Assembly: GCA_000388065.2 (NCBI GenBank)
Contig: KB932201.1
DNA: 64,000 nucleotides
From: Fonticula alba ATCC 38817
Lineage: Eukaryota > Protista > Nucleariida
Reading direction: 5' to 3' (one strand)
Every line of letters begins with the position of its first letter. Positions within the stretch are counted from its first letter, which is position 1. The position numbers and the translations under genes are program-made. The notes below the pieces were generated by a model that saw only the letters and a list, made by a program, of their open reading frames with translations, searched no databases and was not told the origin of the DNA. Below are positions 60,432 through 64,000 of the stretch, in pieces.

Positions 60432-63400
60432 TCACTGTCCCAGGAGAACAAGACGCAGGAGTGCCATGCGCACGTACAGACCGTAGCGCATCTGGCGGAA
60501 GTAGGCGGCACGCGGGTCGAGATCCACACGCGGGTCAATCTCATCCACGCGCGGGAGCGGATGCATGACGATCATGTTGTCCTTGGCCTGGGCAATGCGA
60601 GCCGGGGTGATGGCACAGCGGGCCAGATACTCGGCATGGGCCTCGCGCAGCTGGGCCGCCCCCTGCTCGGTGTCGGTGGCAGCGAAGCGCTCCCGCTGCA
60701 GACGCGTGGCATACACCACATCCACCAGGGAAATGACCTCATCCACCGAGCCATGGTGCTGCACCGACAGGAAGCCCTGGCCGTTGTGGCGCCGAGCACC
60801 GGCCTCCGCATCGGCAAGGACATACTCCGGCAGCTCCAGCCCCGGAGGGGCCACCAGGTGCACATGGACCCCATACAGGGCCAGCAGGCGGACCAGGCTA
60901 TGCACGGTCCGGCCATTCAGCAAATCGCCCACGAAGGCCACCCGCAGGCCGCTCACCGTGCCAAGCTCCTCGCGGATGGTGAACAGGTCCAGGAAGGCCT
61001 GGGTCGGATGCTCGCCAATGCCATCGCCGGCATTGATGACCGGGGCCCGGGCCACCGTGGCCGCGGCCTCGGCCACCGCACCGGCACCCGGGTGCCGCAG
61101 GACAATGGCATCGGCATAGGAGTCCAGCGTGCGCACCGTGTCGGCCAGGGACTCGCCCTTCTGGACGGAGCTCCGCTCGACCGGGATGCTGACCACCGAG
61201 CCGCCCTGGCGCAGCATGGCCGCCTCGAAGGAGGCCGAAGTCCGAGTGGAGGGCTCATAGAAGACCGTGCAAAGGACCCGCCCGCGGAGGGCCTGCTCAG
61301 CGCCAGCCAGGGCCCCAGTCGGGCCGCGCTCCACGAGCTTGCGCATATCCTGCGCCAGCTCAAACAGCCGGTGCAGGGCAGACCGGTTCCAAGTCCCAAC
61401 TGCCAGGACATGCCGCGAGGCCAGGGCGGTCTTGGCGGCGCTCGGGGCCGCCGGGCAGCTGGCAGGGGGAACAACGCCAGCGCCGGCCAGAACAACCGGG
61501 GCCGAGGCCGGGGCCGGGGCCGGGGCGGGCAGCTCCTCGCCCGGGGCCGCCTCAGTCACGACGGCACTGTGGTGGCCTGGCTGCTGCGACTGCGGCGGCG
61601 GCTGCTGCTGCTGCGACTGCTGCTCGGAGGTGGCGACAGCCGGGAGGAGATCGGCATGCGCGCCGGCGGGCGCATCAGTGCCGTGCTTCTTGCCGAGGCC
61701 CGCCGGGGTGCCAGCCCCAGCCGGGGCATCGACGCCCAGGCCATCAGCGCGCGAGGCCGCCGCCAGGACGGCCGTCCGCAGGGTGCCAACATGGCGCCGG
61801 CCCGACAGAGCGGCCCCATCAAGCACCAGGGTCCCGGCCGAGGAGAGGCCCGACCGGACGCGGCTATGCTCCGGCAACTGGGTGAACACACGAGCCACCT
61901 GCCCGCGGAGAACACCGGACTTGAGGACATTGGCGGGGCTGCGGCCATTCAGAGTGGGCAGAGCCCCGGCCCCGGCGACGCCGGCCCGGTCCAGCTCCAC
62001 CTCCAGCAGCAGGCCAGTCGGAGAAGCGGCCTGCCAGCCGGTCAGCGGGGCCGCCGGGGCACTGCCCACGGCCATGGTGGCGGCGGTTCCCGGAAGGCCC
62101 ACAATCCGGGCCGGGTTGTGGCAGCACTTGGCGATGACCTCCTCCAGGGTGAGAAGGCCCTCATGGACAGCGGTCAGGAGCAGGGGCAGGAAGTGCTCCT
62201 GCGGGTGGTACTCCGTCGTGCTCTGGCCGTGGTCGGCATCGGCCTCCGCCCCAGCCGGCCGGGAGGGGCCGGGAGTGGAGGAGACATCGGCGAAGGGCGA
62301 CGAGCCGGGCTGGATGACATCCACCAGGGCAATGTTCTTCCAAAGGTCACCAGCCTCCGGGCCGAAGAAAAGGTCCTCCGCGCTGACGTCACAGGTGACG
62401 GTCGCCACGCCGGCGGCCCGGGTGGCCGCGATCAGGCGCAGATCGGCCACCGAGGCCACGCCGGTGACATGCACTGGCCGGCGGCACACGCCCGCCGCCA
62501 GGAGCAGCCAGGCACCGAGCTCCGGGCCCGAGGCAGCCAAAACCAAAGCCCGGCCATCGGCGCCCTGCTGCAGGAGCTTCTGCGCCCGGGCCAGGGCGTC
62601 GGCCGTCGTGGGGAAGGGCTGCCGCAGGACCGCAGCCAGCAGGGGAGCCGCCGCCGCCGCGGCCAGGCCAGCACCGAGGGCCCCCACCAAACCGTGGTCC
62701 ACCGGCAGCGGGGTCTCCGTGGCGGCCAGGGCCCCGGCCAAACCGGCGCCCAGCTCCTCCGGCAGGGCTCCCAAATCGATGCCAACAAAGCCCAAGCCCG
62801 ACCGAAGAGACGCCTCGGCATAGGCGCCCACACGGGCGGCCGCTTCGGTGACCGTGGCCGGCATACCGGCCGACGCCGGGGGAGCCAGCGCCAGATCCAC
62901 CAGAGCCGGCATCAGGGCCGTCTCGGCCGAGGAGAGCACATCGCAGGCGCCCACACGCACCGGCCGGGTGGCGGCCAGCGAGTCGCCGCTGCCGTCCAGG
63001 ACCACCGGCAGAGCACGACGATCAGCCTTGGCAAGGGCATCAATGAAGAGCTTGGCGCACTTGACATTGGTGATCAGCGGCACGGAGAAGTCCACGGCCA
63101 GACGCCGGCTCAGGTAGCCAGCCGACACGTAGTTGGCCGGCCGGCGGAAGCTGTTCTTCGAGGGGAGGTTGATGTAGAGGTCGATCTGCTTCGAGGCCAG
63201 GGCATTGGCCAGGCTGTACTCATCACGCCGAGGGGTGGACGTGCCGGCGGTGCCGGAGGCCGCCAGGGCCGCCAGGTTGCTGCTCGAGGAGGATGGGCTG
63301 ATGGGCGGGCTGTTGGCGGAGGAGCCCCCGCCACCGGCCGCCGGGGCCGGGGCCGGGGCACTGTCCTCGGAAATCTGCTCCAGGAAGCCCACCTCCACGC

Positions 63401-64000
63401 CGTTGGACGCCAGGAAGTCCGCCGTGCCCGGAGTGGCAAAGAGCCGGTAGCCCAGGGTGGCCAGCTTGCGGATGGCCGGCAGCAATTCCGACTTCTCGGC
63501 ATACGACCCGATGGAAATGAGGACATTGCGAGCGGGCAGCCGGAAGCCGGTGGCCTCCAGGGCCTTGAGGTAGGCCTCATGGTGGGTGCGCCCGAAGCAG
63601 GCCACCTCACCGGTGGAGGCCATCTCCACGCCCAGCACCGGGTCGGCGCCGGACAGCCGGGAGAAGGAGAACTGCGGGACCTTGACCGCGACCACCGGAC
63701 CGGAGCCCGACCCCGGGGTCGGGGTCGGGGCCGGGTAGGCGGTCACCGGCAGGCCGACCATGGCCCGGGTGGCCATCTCGATGAGGTCCACCCCGGTGAC
63801 CTTCGAATCGAAGGGCATCGACCGAGAGGCACGCAGGTTGCACTCGATCACCTGAATGCGACGGTCCTTGGCGATGAACTGGATGTTGAAGGGGCCGGTG
63901 ATGTGGAGCTCGCGGCAAATGAGCCCGGTGGCCTGGACAATCTTGTCGGTGGTTTCCTGGTCCAGGTCCTGCGGGGGCAGGACGAGGGTCGCATCGCCGG
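60432..64000 (-). CDS. URA2: 3' part of URA2/CAD: CPSase C-terminus plus MGS domain, degenerate DHOase-like domain and aspartate transcarbamylase (5' end outside window)
   Basis: GPFNIQFIA...IECNLRASRS, GVEMASTGEVACFG, LITNVKCAKLF (CPS); FYEPSTRT, HPTQAFLD, GDLLNGRTVHSL, RLQRERF and MHPLPRVDEI (ATCase). The open frame continues to the window edge. Confidence 0.96.
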   Translation of the reverse strand, partial: GDATLVLPPQDLDQETTDKIVQATGLICRELHITGPFNIQFIAKDRRIQVIECNLRASRSMPFDSKVTGVDLIEMATRAMVGLPVTAYPAPTPTPGSGSGPVVAVKVPQFSFSRLSGADPVLGVEMASTGEVACFGRTHHEAYLKALEATGFRLPARNVLISIGSYAEKSELLPAIRKLATLGYRLFATPGTADFLASNGVEVGFLEQISEDSAPAPAPAAGGGGSSANSPPISPSSSSSNLAALAASGTAGTSTPRRDEYSLANALASKQIDLYINLPSKNSFRRPANYVSAGYLSRRLAVDFSVPLITNVKCAKLFIDALAKADRRALPVVLDGSGDSLAATRPVRVGACDVLSSAETALMPALVDLALAPPASAGMPATVTEAAARVGAYAEASLRSGLGFVGIDLGALPEELGAGLAGALAATETPLPVDHGLVGALGAGLAAAAAAPLLAAVLRQPFPTTADALARAQKLLQQGADGRALVLAASGPELGAWLLLAAGVCRRPVHVTGVASVADLRLIAATRAAGVATVTCDVSAEDLFFGPEAGDLWKNIALVDVIQPGSSPFADVSSTPGPSRPAGAEADADHGQSTTEYHPQEHFLPLLLTAVHEGLLTLEEVIAKCCHNPARIVGLPGTAATMAVGSAPAAPLTGWQAASPTGLLLEVELDRAGVAGAGALPTLNGRSPANVLKSGVLRGQVARVFTQLPEHSRVRSGLSSAGTLVLDGAALSGRRHVGTLRTAVLAAASRADGLGVDAPAGAGTPAGLGKKHGTDAPAGAHADLLPAVATSEQQSQQQQPPPQSQQPGHHSAVVTEAAPGEELPAPAPAPASAPVVLAGAGVVPPASCPAAPSAAKTALASRHVLAVGTWNRSALHRLFELAQDMRKLVERGPTGALAGAEQALRGRVLCTVFYEPSTRTSASFEAAMLRQGGSVVSIPVERSSVQKGESLADTVRTLDSYADAIVLRHPGAGAVAEAAATVARAPVINAGDGIGEHPTQAFLDLFTIREELGTVSGLRVAFVGDLLNGRTVHSLVRLLALYGVHVHLVAPPGLELPEYVLADAEAGARRHNGQGFLSVQHHGSVDEVISLVDVVYATRLQRERFAATDTEQGAAQLREAHAEYLARCAITPARIAQAKDNMIVMHPLPRVDEIDPRVDLDPRAAYFRQMRYGLYVRMALLRLVLLGQ

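Noticed and set aside
63805-63825. CPSase motif RASRSMPFDSK instead of the usual RASRSFPFVSK as a sign of inactivation
   Set aside because: Could be a sequencing error or tolerated drift; the frame and all flanking motifs are intact.

Overview
GC-rich, intron-containing eukaryotic genomic DNA. The fungal-type URA2 with a degenerate dihydroorotase, the opisthokont-like housekeeping genes, the poly-C/(CA)n/(CT)n-filled introns and the scaffold gaps point to a holomycotan protist; Fonticula alba is my best guess, and that is inference. Nine N-gaps: 1602-1781, 16151-16653, 25060-25214, 27820-27970, 32688-33232, 39240-40079, 45282-45291, 48366-48482, 57189-57358. Genes I could reconstruct with frame-consistent exons: AMMECR1 (+), a uridine/purine phosphorylase (-), exportin-2/CSE1 (-), a ~2000-aa haspin kinase (+), mitochondrial Lon (-), a 95-aa orphan (-), a partial hypothetical (+), a secreted extensin-like protein with a VWD/Root_cap-like domain (-), the C-terminus of CGR1/CCDC86 (-), a ~2080-aa disordered AT-hook/SIM-rich protein (-), an SRSF3/7-like SR protein (-), UBC4 (+) and the 3' part of URA2/CAD (-). 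I saw no tRNA, rRNA, CRISPR array or transposon. Best leads: (1) a splice-donor code dominated by GTNCGY (+4 C, no constitutive +4 A); (2) a plant root-cap/extensin-like matrix protein in an opisthokont; (3) about 10 copies of an LLS[LF]xEAL helix motif in the haspin N-terminus; (4) the giant AT-hook/poly-SIM disordered protein; (5) a candidate poison exon in the SR gene. All homology calls rest on recalled motifs, not on database searches.
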